Shown in pieces: positions 22,070-34,399 of a DNA stretch of 46,586 nucleotides. The stretch covers positions 29,069,441 through 29,116,026 of the forward strand of contig NC_068993.1 in NCBI RefSeq assembly GCF_001194135.2, in the 5' to 3' direction. The notes beneath the pieces were generated by a model. That model was not told where the DNA came from. It searched no databases and was given only the letters and a program-made list of their open reading frames with translations. The position numbers and the translations under genes are program-made. This DNA comes from Octopus bimaculoides. Lineage: Eukaryota. How positions within the stretch are numbered: the first letter of the stretch is position 1; every line of letters starts with the position of its first letter.

Positions 22070-23110
22070 CAGGAGCTGGCCAGGTAGAAGACTAACACAG
22101 GCTACTGTATCTGTTTTGGCAGGGTTTTTACAGCTGGATGCCTTTCCTAACACCAACCACTCTGCAAAATGAACTCAGTGCTTTTTATGTGGCACTAGCA
22201 CAGGCGGTGAGGTCAGTTTTGGCATGATATTTACAGCTAGATGCTTTTTACATGGTACCAACACTGGAATAGTCACCAAGTAACTTGCAAGACAAGGAAT
22301 TTTGAAAGAGGAAGGGATCTTGTGTCAGATGATGAACGGTTAGAGTGTGACAGTGAAATGAAGAGGTAGAAACAGGAGTCTTGCTATAGAGGAGGTACAA
22401 GAAAGAGGATAGAAACAGGTCTATTGATGTAAAGGTTACCTAGCCAGAGAGAAAAGCAAGAGAAGGAAAGAGAGACAGCGGTCAAGAATGATGGCAGAAA
22501 CAGGTGTGCTGCTGTAGAGGAGATACATGGCTACCCAGCTAGAGGGAAGAGCAAGGGAAAGAGAGAGAGAGTGTGTGTGGGAAACAGCAAAAGTGCAAGA
22601 GAGAGCAGGAGAGAGATGGTGGTGAAGTGCCAAATATTGCCAAGAAAGCACGAGTAGGGAATGAGGATTGCAGTGACTGGTGAAAACCTGAGTATAAAGA
22701 AGGAGTGGGTGAACGCAGCAATACAGTGAGCAGGGCAATGAGGATAGGGAAGGGGAGTGGGAGATAATCACAATGTATGAAGAGGGAATGTGACAAAGAG
22801 ATACTTGCAGTTTAGAAGAGATGTAGTTTGGTTTCTTGGGGTAGAGTGTGTGAAAAGTTTATTGTTACATGTGGGTGGGACACAGCTCTTATAGCACTCA
22901 GTTTTGCTGACATGAGTAGGTCTTCTATAGAACCTCATGTCGCCTAACATCCAGGTCCATTGTCATTTCCTCTTTGAGCCCTAACTTTCTGATATTGGTT
23001 CTCACCACTTCATTCCATGTCTTCCTGGGTTTCCCTCTTTCACAAATACCATCCACTTTCAGTGACAGGCACATCAGTATACAGCTGTCTTTACTCATAC
23101 GCATTACATG
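22070..23110 (-). mobile_element. Older RTE family copy: RT end plus long 3' UTR
   Basis: VMRMSKDSCI..C.SLKVDGICERGKPRKTWNEVVRT..RKLGL (22925-23100), followed on the minus strand by the pyrimidine-rich UTR and tail motifs. Confidence 0.8.
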
Positions 23111-23816
23111 TGTATATATGTGTGTGTGCGTATATATATATATATATATATATATATGAAGGTAGTGCATCAAACTGCCTAAGTCATGATGGCTAAAAGA
23201 AACTAATAAATGTATCACTCTGCTAACTGTGGAAACATCACAGTAAACAACTCAAGTTGTATTCACATATCTTGCGATCTGATCCCACTAGACATTTGAG
23301 ACCTGACTCAAGGATTATTGTTATGTATAGTGCAGCAGCCCTTTAGTACAAACACTTGAATCTTAAAGGGGAATTGATCTCAGATCTTGGATCCAAGAGA
23401 GAACTTGTAATAAATTGTATGCATTTATGAATGGCAAACCATTTTCATGTGCTTTGGATTTCTAAATTATAGGATGGAACTGAATTATGCTTTGATAGAA
23501 ATTCCTTGTTTAAGAGAAAAAATCCAGCATATTCTATCTCCTTTTGTCTCAAGTCAATGACAGAACACTTTGGGGTCACTTGATTTTCTTGAAATAGCTT
23601 GTGGTCACATCTAAAAAATCTCCCTTACATTCCAGCTTGCTATCTTACAAAAATATGTGGATAATATAGTCCTCTTTCCACAGTGTCTGGGTAAAAAATA
23701 GGATATTCATGATTGGAATATTTATGATCATGGGTCTCCTTGATCAGGTTTCACCTGAGGCTAAAAAGTAACAATAAACTAAACAATTCCTGAAAGATAG
23801 AAAAACAGATTATTAC

Positions 23817-24238
23817 CGGTATTAAGTTCAATTTGCTCTCGGATGTTCTGTATTCTTGATTTAACACCAGATCTACGGAAAATTCCATCAGCATCTTTTG
23901 CAGTACTCCTAAGATATTTCATGGCATACAATATACACTGGGGAACTGGCTGGCCAGATCTGCGCAGTGTTTCAATTAGAGGAACCCCAAAAACTTTCTT
24001 GTCTTTGTAGTCAGGTTCTTTGACTTTTTTGATGAAACGTGATACTGTCCAATTCCATCCAGACCGGTTTGCTGGTGAGAATTTCTCCATGAGGGTTGTT
24101 ATTGTTAACATGCACACACTTTGAAGTTTATGGATTTGTCTTACAGACAGTGTACAAATCTGTGTGGAATTACTGCTGAAACTTGGTCGGTGGCTTTTCT
24201 GGAAGCTATACCAGCGAATTCTGTTATGTTTCTTTAAA
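23817..24238 (-). CDS. DLC1: DLC1/STARD13/cv-c-like RhoGAP, coding exon (start of the RhoGAP domain, Arg finger)
   Basis: LKKHNRIRWYSFQKSHRPS...MEKFSPANRSGWNWTVSRFIKKVKEPDYKDKKVFGVPL...DGIFRRSGVKSRIQNIRE closely follows DLC1 RLRWHSFQ.SHRP...KVPDYKD..VFGVPL...GLFRKSGVKSRIQ. Acceptor is tttcAG; donor is G|GTAATA. 422 bp, phase 2 to 1. Confidence 0.97.
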
Positions 24239-24727
24239 CTGAAATTAAAACAAAGACAAAGAATTAAATGGTTATAGAGATGAAAATTATATGGTGGATG
24301 TAGTTGAAAAGAAACAGAGACTTTCCTCCTCAGTTAAGTTCTCATCAATTTTTCAACTTTCACATAAATGTGAGCTCAGAAAGGGTAGAGCTACCTCTTA
24401 GCAAATTTGTTGTAAAGTGTGTGAGAGTAGCAAATATGGCCTGGTGAATGAGCCTACACTTAACATACATGTAAACTGGAAAATAACAGGTGATAACAAC
24501 TGCCTTTGGTGGTTAAGGCAATCTTGGATTTGGAGTTTTTGATATTATATTTTTACGTGATGCAATGTATACTTTTACTGTGCTGTTCTCTGTCATTTGT
24601 AGTTCAACATTTTTGGATTCTTATGGCTAATAAGGAAATTTTTATCATTATCAACCACAAAATATGAAAATGATCTCAGTTGCAAAATAAGTGAAAATAC
24701 AAGGATAATATCAGAAGTAGCATAAAA

Positions 24728-24890
24728 GCGTGGCTGTGTGGTAAGAAGTTTGCTTCCCAACCACATGTTCCATGGTTCCATGTTCACTCCCACTGCATGG
24801 TACCTTGGTCATATGTGTTCTGCTACAGCTTCAGGCTGAGCAATGCTTTGAGTAGATCTGGTAGGTGGAAACTGAAAGAAGCCTGTCATA
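24728..24890 (+). mobile_element. tRNA-derived SINE (Octopus-type, CORE-like body)
   Basis: GCGTGGCTGTGTGGTAAGAAGTTTGCTTCCCAACCACATG...GGTACCTTGG...GGAAACTGAAAGAAGCCTGTC; homologous to 45175-45330. Confidence 0.8.
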
Positions 24891-24914
24891 CACCTGCAAT
24901 TGTTCCCCAGGTTC

Positions 24915-26160
24915 CAAGCAGAAGAAACATGCCATCATTGAATTCTTGATGTAGGAAGAGTGCAGACTGTCTGACACTCACATAAAGCAACGTGCATCAA
25001 TAGATAAAGTTTAACTCTTTAGGATTCACAGTATTCTGTCAAAATTAATGCTTATTTATTCACATTGTTTTGAATTAAACATTCATTAATTTGGGTTTTG
25101 AGATTTTGATGAAGTAACTGTTAATTTTTAGAATGATAATGTAGGGTTGATGCAAGAGGCCAGTTCTAGCCAATTTGAACATAAAAAAGTAGAATATTTT
25201 GGCTGGATATGGCTGGTTTAAATGTGAAAGAGTTAAAGAAGAAACTTGCATTGAAGACAAACCACATAGTGGGAAACCAGAAACTGTGGCCATTGACATG
25301 ATTCACTACCTTTCTCTCCTTCAAATAAGGTGTCAATTGCCAAAGTAGCCACTTTGCACACACTTTCTGACAGTCAAACTTTTCAGCCATCTTCTAAAAT
25401 GCGTTGTCACCTCTGTCCAGTTGTTAAGTAAACTCATGGATTATGACAATGCATTTTAGAAGATGGCAGAAAACTTTGTTTAGCAGTTAACACCCAATTT
25501 GAAGGAAAGGTGGAAATTTGCTCTGATCTGCTGGAAGCATTTGAAATGAATAAAAACATTCTTTCCCAATCTAGTGATTGGGGATGAAAAACAGGCATAT
25601 CTTTATAATCCAGGTGAATAAGTATGATACCATTCCATGAACTGAGTCTTTGTTCATCATCATCATATAATGTCTGTTTTCCATGCTGGCATGGGTTGGA
25701 CAGTTTGCCAGTCCCCAGTCAAACCGTCCAACTCATGCCAGCAAGGAAAATGGACATTAAACAATGATAATGATGATGATGATGATGGACAATGGCTCAG
25801 TTCATGGAATGATATCATACTTATTCACCAAAGCCTAAAAGAGCCAGAATTTGACACAGAAAACCATGACAACTGTTTGGGATATAAGAAGGGCATCAGT
25901 TACCTTGATTTTATGGAATATGAATGTACTATGAACTATGAGCAGTACCTTGAGGTACTCAGAAAGATTACAGAAGCCATTAAGATGAAGTGACTGGACA
26001 AGAATCTAAAAATGATTCCCATTCACCATGACAATGCACAACCACACACATCTTTAGCAACAAATCAGGCAATCAGCAAATTGGGTTGTTCAGTGCCCCC
26101 AACTCCACCCCATCCATTGTATACCATGGATCTAGTGTCCTCCAACTTTCACCTGTTCAA
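24915..26160 (+). mobile_element. Highly decayed, rearranged mariner (third family)
   Basis: QKKHAIIEFL, EDKPHSGKP, an inverted KVCAKWLLWQLT, LVIGDEKQAYLYNP, QFME, HHDNAQPHT and PHPLYTMDLVSSNFHLF. It is interrupted by insertions and two inverted duplications. Confidence 0.7.
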
Positions 26161-26373
26161 ATCAAAGAATTTAAAATACTATTGGAACTTACTCACAAGG
26201 TATTGGAATCTTGGATCTACAGGTGCAATATCCCTGCATATCTCACATTTATTTTCATTCCTCCACTTCACTCNNNNNNNNNNNNNNNNNNNNNNNNNNN
26301 NNNNNNNNNNNNNNNNNNNNNNNNNNNNNNNNNNNNNNNNNNNNNNNNNNNNNNNNNNNNNNNNNNNNNNNNN

Positions 26374-26410
<37 letters not shown>

Positions 26411-27345
26411 GCATACACATATAAGATAAATAATCAAAGACATTACTACCCCATCTTTTTAGGGGTATGTAGGACTATATGATCTAATATGTCCCTTCTT
26501 TAAGGTGACAGGATATGCTTTTAGGAAGCATTTAGGAAGATTTAGCCACAATTTTTGCCAGGCCAAATAGTAATGTGGAGGTTCTCTTGCTGGCTTGGCC
26601 CCCTTCATGTACTGTAAATTAAGATGAAGAATCTTCTTTTTACTATCTGTCTACTGGGGCACATTTTTCAAGTTTAAAGTGAAATGCTTAGAAGAAATCA
26701 GTGATGGGCCGAGTTGGCAAAAATGATAATAATTTTTGGTTATAGTGTTAGCCAGTTGAGAGAAAGGCAGAAAATAATCATCAAATTGGTGAATTGGCCT
26801 GAAAGTTTGCAAAAGAGTGAACTCCATTAAAGACATTCAAGGGCCAGGTAGTAATGCTAAACATGACAATGCATTAAATATGCCACTCAAGAACAGGAAC
26901 AAAACCGCCACTGCTTTTTCACTAGTTTCCATTTACTAATTTCACACACAAGTAAAAACAAGAAAGGTCTGTGTGTGTGTGTGTGAGAGGGGGNNNNNNN
27001 NNNNNNNNNNNNNNNNNNNNNNNNNNNGAGAGAGAGAGCGTGTGTGTGTGTGTTGTACAAAATAACAGAAGTCTTTCATTAGATGACTTCTTCCTATAAT
27101 ATGAGCCCATTCTTGAAATAAAATTATCGTCTCTTCAAAGCATACAGCTTTTTCAACAATTTGTACATTTTATAGTTAATTCTATCTCAGTAATTTTATG
27201 CATGTAAATAAGATGGAATGCCCATTACTAGAACACTTATGATCATAAGCCTGTTGAATCAGAGTTGGTCTGAAAAAATTTACAATAAAAGACAATGAAG
27301 GAAGACAAGGATGTCAGCAACAATAACAACAATTTTTTGACATAC

Positions 27346-27616
27346 CTAGATGGCCTGGTCAATGAAGAACCAACTCCTGAATCAAGCCTTTCTCTGGATA
27401 TGACAGGTTCGATCTCCACATCACTGTCACTTGAACTTGTCAACCCAGTATTCATAACTTTGGAACTTTCTTTAGCATCACTTTCTACAGTCAACACATT
27501 TGGTTTATCTTCTTGAAGTAGCTGCCTATCAATTTCTGCTTGTACATTTTCTACGGGGTCTTCAATATTGTCTAGGCTCTTCAAATCTTTTAATAGAGAG
27601 ATTTCTGTTTCCAAAT
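27346..27616 (-). CDS. DLC1: DLC1/STARD13/cv-c-like RhoGAP, coding exon (pre-GAP region)
   Basis: Translates (D)LETEISLL...ISRERLDSGVGSSLTRPS, matching the DLC-family RERRDSGVGASLTR motif. Acceptor is cacacAG with a pyrimidine tract; donor is AG|GTATGT. 271 bp, phase 1 to 2, compatible with the next exon. Confidence 0.9.
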
Positions 27617-28059
27617 CTGTGTGATGAGAGAAATTGAGAGAGGAAAAAATACAAATAAAGGAAAACCAAAACAAAGCAAATGCAAAAATATATGAAGGAA
27701 CCAATTTTGGTCATCTGAATAAATTTTATATGGAAAAATTCAATTGAAATACAAAGAAATATTACAAAACATAAAGAAGGGGAAAATTTCTATTAATTTT
27801 TTTTTTGTGTATTAATTAAATATCATTTTTACTCTTCCTTAGGAGGGTTATTTTTTATCAATAAAAAACACATATTGGTAATATTCTACTTCTTTTTATT
27901 ACCATCAGTCAACTAGTTTTAACTAATAAACTAGTTGTTTTATCAGTCACTTAATCCCTTCATCAGTGTCCTTTAACCACAGTCTGTGACCTTATCAATG
28001 ACATGTCCACATTTACTCTAGTTCTGTCACAAACTCAATTCTCCGTGTTTTCCCCCAGA

Positions 28060-28590
28060 GTTTCTGAATGTAAAATGCTTGCTCAGAGGGTTTATAAGAA
28101 GTGGAGGTATGACAGAGTTGCTACAATCACATGGATTATGAAAATTCAAATGGATAGACAAATGGAACAGTCACACCCAGATATTGTTCTCACCTATAGA
28201 AGAGTATTGCTCGCTTGTTTGATACTTGAGTGGTTGACAAAGAATGGAAGTTAATTATATCTAATATCATTAACTAAAATATGAACTTTAAAGAATTTGG
28301 AATTGCTGTAAACTAAGCATTATCCCAATTGTTATAGAAACATTAGAAACAGTTACAAGAAGTTTGATAGGTTAGGTGAAGATGTTAGATGCTGAGGTGA
28401 ATTTTCTAACTCTACAAAAAAGCCAGTTTGCTTGGCATAGCAAGAATCATAGAGAAAGTGTCAGATACCTAAAGTTGCAGAAAGTAACTTGATATTTAGT
28501 AATTCAATAAGGGCAGACTGACACAGATATGGTAAGTGAATGAAAGGAATAATAATAGTAATACTAATAATGATAATGATGACAACGATG
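28060..28590 (+). mobile_element. R4/Dong-type RLE LINE 3' fragment (copy a)
   Basis: SECKMLAQRVYKKWRYDRVA, HPDIVL and IIPIVI.TL...LQKASLLGIARII, followed by a TAA-like tail. Confidence 0.7.
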
Positions 28591-28599
28591 ATGGTGGTT

Positions 28600-28760
28600 T
28601 CTTATTTAGGCACAAAGCCTGCAAATGAAAGGGTTCTTTGATGTCATTGATTCCAGTATTTAACTCGTACTTTATTTTACTCATTCCCAAATGAACATAA
28701 AATGTAGAATGAAATACTGCAAGACAACTTTTTCTGATGCATTAATGGTTCTGCCAATCC
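28600..28760 (-). mobile_element. Decayed tRNA-SINE (family of 2335)
   Basis: AGGCACAAAGCCTG...CCAGTATTTAACT.GTACTTTATTTT...GAAATACTGC...TAATGGTTCTGCCA parallels 33787-33965 and 2335-2549. Confidence 0.5.
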
Positions 28761-28767
28761 ACTAGTC

Positions 28768-28786
28768 TAATAATAATAATAATAAT

Positions 28787-28836
<50 letters not shown>

Positions 28837-28852
28837 TAATAATAATAATAAT
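28768..28852. repeat. (TAA)n microsatellite
   Basis: Directly visible, with a few TGA/GGT interruptions. Confidence 0.95.
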
Positions 28853-29172
28853 GATATGTGGCATCTTAAAACGAGAATTGTTCCTGTTATTGTAGATGCC
28901 CTAGGTATGATAAAAAAGGGATGTTAGAAATATTTAGATAAGATCCCAGGAGAATCATGTCTCAGAGAATCCAAAAGATTGTACTGATGAGTACTGCCCA
29001 CATCCTTAGAAAAACCCTATCCATTTAAATGGGTGTGTTGTATTACATGAAGATATTTTGCTACCCCCCCAGCTCTTATCCTTCACTCACCCCAGGACAC
29101 TGGGTGTACCTCGGTAAATGATTATAACAAACATGCAGCTTAAAAGTAAAATAATAATAATAATAATAATAG
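28853..29172 (+). mobile_element. R4/Dong-type RLE LINE, severely 5'-truncated (copy b)
   Basis: MWHLKTRIVPVIVDALGMIKKG...IQKIVLMSTAHILRKTLSI*, then a 3' UTR ending in (TAA)n. It is flanked by TAA tracts on both sides. Confidence 0.8.
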
Positions 29173-32100
29173 CTCTGTACTGAATAACAACACAGATGTA
29201 CTTTACCAGGCTCTCCATACACAAACAAATCAAAATTAATAACAATGGTGGAATGGGAAAAAGGAATCTGATGATGACTTGAAGGAAGTTGCCTTCTAAC
29301 GAAAATAATCACAAAAATGAAATTTTACTGCTATACAAAGCAGTGTCTCCCATGCACGATGTCTCAGTGAAACATGTGCAAAAAACACATGCAAAATCAA
29401 GAATGGAAAGTTTGCAAACTATAAACTACTTATAAACAGTAAGTACGTAAATTAATTAATTACACATACACTCAAATGTCTATACAATCATGTATGCATA
29501 TTAATACCCATTGGACTACACATACACCCCAATGTTTATACAACTATGTGAAATTTACAGGACACACATGCATGCATATGAAAGCATATGTCACAAATGG
29601 AGCAAAACAATAGCAAAACAATTTTCTTCGAACTAACAAAGACAGAGTGAACAATTCTTAAGTTTAAAACACTACAAAGAAACCATGCCTGAAGATAAAT
29701 CTTTCAACAAAAAATATAAAGGCGAAAACAGGCCTGTTAGCCTTAAGAAGCTATGTTATGAGCAATGTCTTCATTCAGAGAACTCAGAGGCGTTGTTGTC
29801 TCAAAAAGTTAACACTAAACAGTCAGATCTGTCCTCTAATGTTAACGTCCAAATTTATCATGCCCCAATGATAACAAAGCAAAATATACACTGGGTCAGC
29901 TGTCACCCGGGTCAACAAGGGCCACACGTCCCAGTGAGGAATCAGACTGAGTGTGAAAAATCAGCTACTGGTTCAAATCTTCCCAAAACTCAGGAGCTGA
30001 AAGTACCCCACAACCAGAATATTCCAACAGATGGCTATCGATGCTCATCATCAAATAACCAAAAAATACAAAAAAATGAAAAATGGTCAAGGGAAGAAAA
30101 TAAAGAAGTTCTTAAGGTCTTCTATCATGCCGTGTATTTCCCCACAAATAAATCTAACACTGAACAAAGCTACCTAAGCTGGAGAGAGAAGCACTGTGAA
30201 ATAAGATCCTATATAGATAATAACAAGCTTGCCAATGTCAAAAGAAACATTATAAAAAAGAAATTACAAGCTGAATTAGAGAATAACCAAATTTAACAAT
30301 CAGTAAGGGATAAAAGGAATGAAATCGCAGCTAAAGAAGATACTACTGACGAAATGATTACAGACCAACCCAAGTCTGATGAAAATGCAGTAATGATAGA
30401 AAGAGTCAATGTAACTGATAAGCAAAGTGAAATACTTTCTGAACCAGCCATAAATATCAAGGAAGATAAAAATCAAATAGATAAAGAAAATCATAGAGAG
30501 ATTGACCCAACTGAACTAGATGATCTAAAAAATTAAATTATGATGAAATGGCTGAAAATTAAAGAAACCAGTATGAATGAACGAGACACTCTCCCAAAAA
30601 TTCACAACTCTAACTATAACCTGAAAGTAATTTGGTAAAATTGGTATAATTTCAGCTAATGATGTTGATATTACAGATCTCAGTCACCTGTATTATGCAT
30701 CTGCAAAGATCTCAATGATTCTATGTGGTGAAAAAATTAGAAAACAACAACATTCTCACAAAGAGCCTCTTTGGCAACAGTGTATCCATTAACAAATTCA
30801 GTTACTTAAGGTTTAAAAAACCTTAAGTTTGACAAGAATATCAAATCAACAAAAATCTGAAAATTAAAGAAACCAGTATGAATGAACGAGACACTCTCCC
30901 AAAAATTCACAACTCTAACTATAACNNNNNNNNNNNNNNNNNNNNNNNNNNNNNNNNNNNNNNNNNNNNNNNNNNNNNNNNNNNNNNNNNNNNNNNNNNN
31001 NNNNNNNNNNNNNNNNNNNNNNNNNNNNNNNNNNNNNNNNNNNNNNNNNNNNNNNNNNNNNNNNNNNNNNNNNNNNNNNNNNNNNNNNNNNNNNNNNNNN
31101 NNNNNNNNNNNNNNNNNNNNNNNNNNNNNNNNNNNNNNNNNNNNNNNNNNNNNNNNNNNNNNNNNNNNNNNNNNNNNNNNNNNNNNNNNNNNNNNNNNNN
31201 NNNNNNNNNGCAAATGGAAGTCTCCAAGAAAGGATAAAATTCCTAACTTCTGGTTGAATACCTTCCCAGAGAGTCATGAACTACTAACAAAACTTTACAA
31301 CAATGTTTTGCAGCAACCTAGTATGAGTCCCTCTTGGTTAGTTAATGGTGTAACATTCTTACTTCCAAAAAATGAAGAAACAAATGAACCAAAAAATTAT
31401 AGACCCATAACCTGCTTAACAACAATGTATAAAATACTAACATCTGTCTTGACTGAATAAACCTATAGTTTTTTAATAGAAAGTGGCATCTTCCCTTATG
31501 AGCAAAAAGGATGTAAACATGGGTCCTATGGTTGTAAAGATCAGCTACTCATCAATAAGATGAGCTTGGAAGATTGTCACAAACAACACAAGAACTTGTT
31601 CATAGCCTGGACAGACTATAAAAAAGCTTTTGATAGTCTACCACATAACTAGATTAAGAAATGTTTGGAAATTTATAAAATAGTACCTACTCTGCGAAAC
31701 TTCTTATCTGTAAGTATGAGATTATGGAGAACTACACTTACTTTGAACAATGACAATGAATCTTTCAATGTCGAAGATGTAAGAATCTCATGTGGCATTT
31801 TCCAGGGTGACTCTCTATCACCACTCTTCTTTTGTCTAGCTTTAATACCTCTTTCAAAATTGCTTGATGATGTACAATATGGCTATAAAAGTTTTGATAG
31901 ACATACAAACCATCTCTTTTACATGAATGATTTAAAGCTCTTTGTAAAAAATGACCAACAACTACAGGGCTTACTAGCAATTGTTTAATAGTTCAGTGAT
32001 GACATTAGGATGCAATTTAGCCTCAATAAACGTGCAAAAGCTACCTTTATCAGAGGAAAAATGAAAGAAGCATCCAACGTCAGCCTTGACCAACAGAATA

Positions 32101-33785
32101 TCATAAAGGAGTTAGAACCAGCAGAGAGCTACAAATACTTAGGGGTATTCGAAGATGATGGAATCAAACATTCAATGAATAGGGAAAAGATCAGAAAAGA
32201 ATGTTATCACAGGGTAAGGGCAATACTCAAGACAGCTGAATGTAAGAAACAGGATCGAAGTGATTAATACTTTAGCCATATTGGTTGTGATTTACAGAGT
32301 CATTATCATTAACTGGTCAATTACCGAAATCTAATCTTGACGGAAAAATATGAAAATTGTTGACAATGCATAGAATGCACCACCCTAAGGCAGATATAGA
32401 ATGACTTTAACTGCCAAATAAAGAGGGAGGCTGTGGACTTTTACAACTGGAATTAACAATGAAGATTACCACAATTGGCCTAAACACCTACCTGAAAAAA
32501 CCTGATGACTGGTTGTTAAAACTTGTCTTTATAGCATGAAAGCAAGAAAACATCATACTCAGTAACAAAACAGGCAAAGAAATATGTAAGTGAATTCCAA
32601 ATGAAACAAATCCCGGAATTAGATGAACTGGAAACAAGCACAGAAAAAGCTAAGTGTAAGAAAACCCATGCTAAAACTGCTGTCTTAGATATTCTTACTG
32701 ATAAGTGGCAAGAAAAACCTCTCAATGGCAAATACCCAAAGAGAGCTAATAATGCCAATGTTGATAAAGCCCTTACACATAAATGGTTAGTGTCTTCTGG
32801 CTTAAAATCAGAGACAGAAGGGTTTATCATAGCAGCCCAAGCCCAATGCCTACCTACAAAAAGCTACCAGACTAACATCTTAAAGAATGGCAGTAGCCCA
32901 TCATGTCGTGTATGTAAACAACAAAATGTTATCTTCAAGTGCATTCTTCTTGTGCATACAGAGTATCTCAACAGGTATGACAGAGCAGCAAAATATATTC
33001 ACTGGGTAATTTGCAAAGACTTGGACCTGCCCCCTGATAAAAACTGGTGGGAACACAAACTACTGCCAGTGCTTGAAAATAACCACATTTTACTTCTTTG
33101 TAACTTCACCATTCAAACTGAGAGAAAGACGGGTGCAAATAGGCCAGACATTATTATTGATGGCTTTAGTCAAAACTCATGCCTCCCCATCGATATGACT
33201 GTCCCAATCGATATAAATGTATCAATCAAGGTCTACCAAAAACTGAGCAAATATAAAGATCTTAAAATACAAATTGGCAAAATGTGGAACCTCAAGACTA
33301 AAACAATACCTGTTGTCATAGGTACCCTAGGAATGAAAGCAAAAGGGACTGATTACCACATAGCTCAGATACCAGGAAATCCAAAAATGGAAGAAATTCA
33401 AAAAATAGTGCTCATGGGAACTGCCTATATCCTACATAAAATATTGTCTATGTAATTCCAAAAATATTTCAATCTGTAAATAGTGTCAAAATACTTTTAA
33501 ATGTACATAACAGCAAACACCTTTTACTCTTATCTTAACATCAGACTATCATCTTATAATCAAATTAATTTTAAAACGAACTACTAATCTACTTATGTTT
33601 TGACAGATATTCTCTAGAACAATACTCTGTGCAAAACCAAATATAAGGCACCCTAGTCATAACACTCACTTGAACTTCTAACTTGTTGTCTCTTGAGGTC
33701 TCTGGGTGAGACTTGGAGTCAACAAATACAAAGCAAAAGATAAACATATAATAATAATAATAATAACAATATTAATAATAATAAC
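29173..33785 (+). mobile_element. Near full-length R4/Dong-type non-LTR retrotransposon (copy c), defective
   Basis: WSREENKEV (Myb-like), NYRPITCL, EQKGC...KDQLLINK, DYKKAFDS.PH, GIFQGDSLSP, LFYMNDLKL, YKYLG, LKSETEGFIIAAQ, CRVC, RPDIII, KLSKYKDL and PVVIGTLG. The 3' UTR ends in (TAA)n. Many stops and one gap. Confidence 0.92.
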
Positions 33786-33786
33786 C

Positions 33787-33965
33787 ATTTCTACTAAAGG
33801 CACAAGGCCTGAAATTTGTGGGGAGGGGTATAGTGGATTACATCAACCCCAGTACTTGACTGGTACTTAATCTCTCAACCTCAAAATGATGAAAGGTAAA
33901 GTCAATGTTGGTAGAATTTGAACTGAGAATGGAGCGGCAGGTGAAATACTGCTAATGCCAGCTTG
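33787..33965 (-). mobile_element. Decayed tRNA-SINE (family of 2335)
   Basis: CATCAACCCCAGTACTTGACTGGTACTTAA...GATGAAAGGTAAAGTCAA..AGAATTTGAACT. Confidence 0.7.
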
Positions 33966-33969
33966 CTGC

Positions 33970-34200
33970 CTTAATAATAATAATAATAACAATAAATACT
34001 ACTAACACTATAACTATTACTATTATGATAGCACAGGAATTTGAGGCCCAACTACCACACATACCACTACCCCCACCCCTGCTACTGTTTGTGTTGCAGC
34101 AACCACTACTGCTACTACACATAAAAACAATAATATCAGTGATATCAGTGATGATAATAATAATAATGAAAGGAAATGGGTGGAACCTCCTCCTCCTCAT
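33970..34200. repeat. Mixed trinucleotide low-complexity tract (TAA/CTA/CCA/TGA)
   Basis: Directly visible. Confidence 0.8.
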
Positions 34201-34399
34201 TATGAGCTGATTAATGATACATCTAGTGACGGTGTCACAATAAAAACACTGGTAATTGCGCAACCTGATAATTGCTACCTCATATGAGTGACAATGACAG
34301 AAACAAAATATTATGAATAACGGTGATAATGAAACTGAAGCCAATGATGGTGACAGTGTTACACCCAGTAGGCTCAGAGATTCTGGTCCGGCTCCAGTC

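Noticed and set aside
30552-30925. Identical 69-bp repeat in Dong copy c (30552-30620 and 30857-30925)
   Set aside because: The second copy runs directly into an assembly gap and is identical, so it is probably an assembly artefact.
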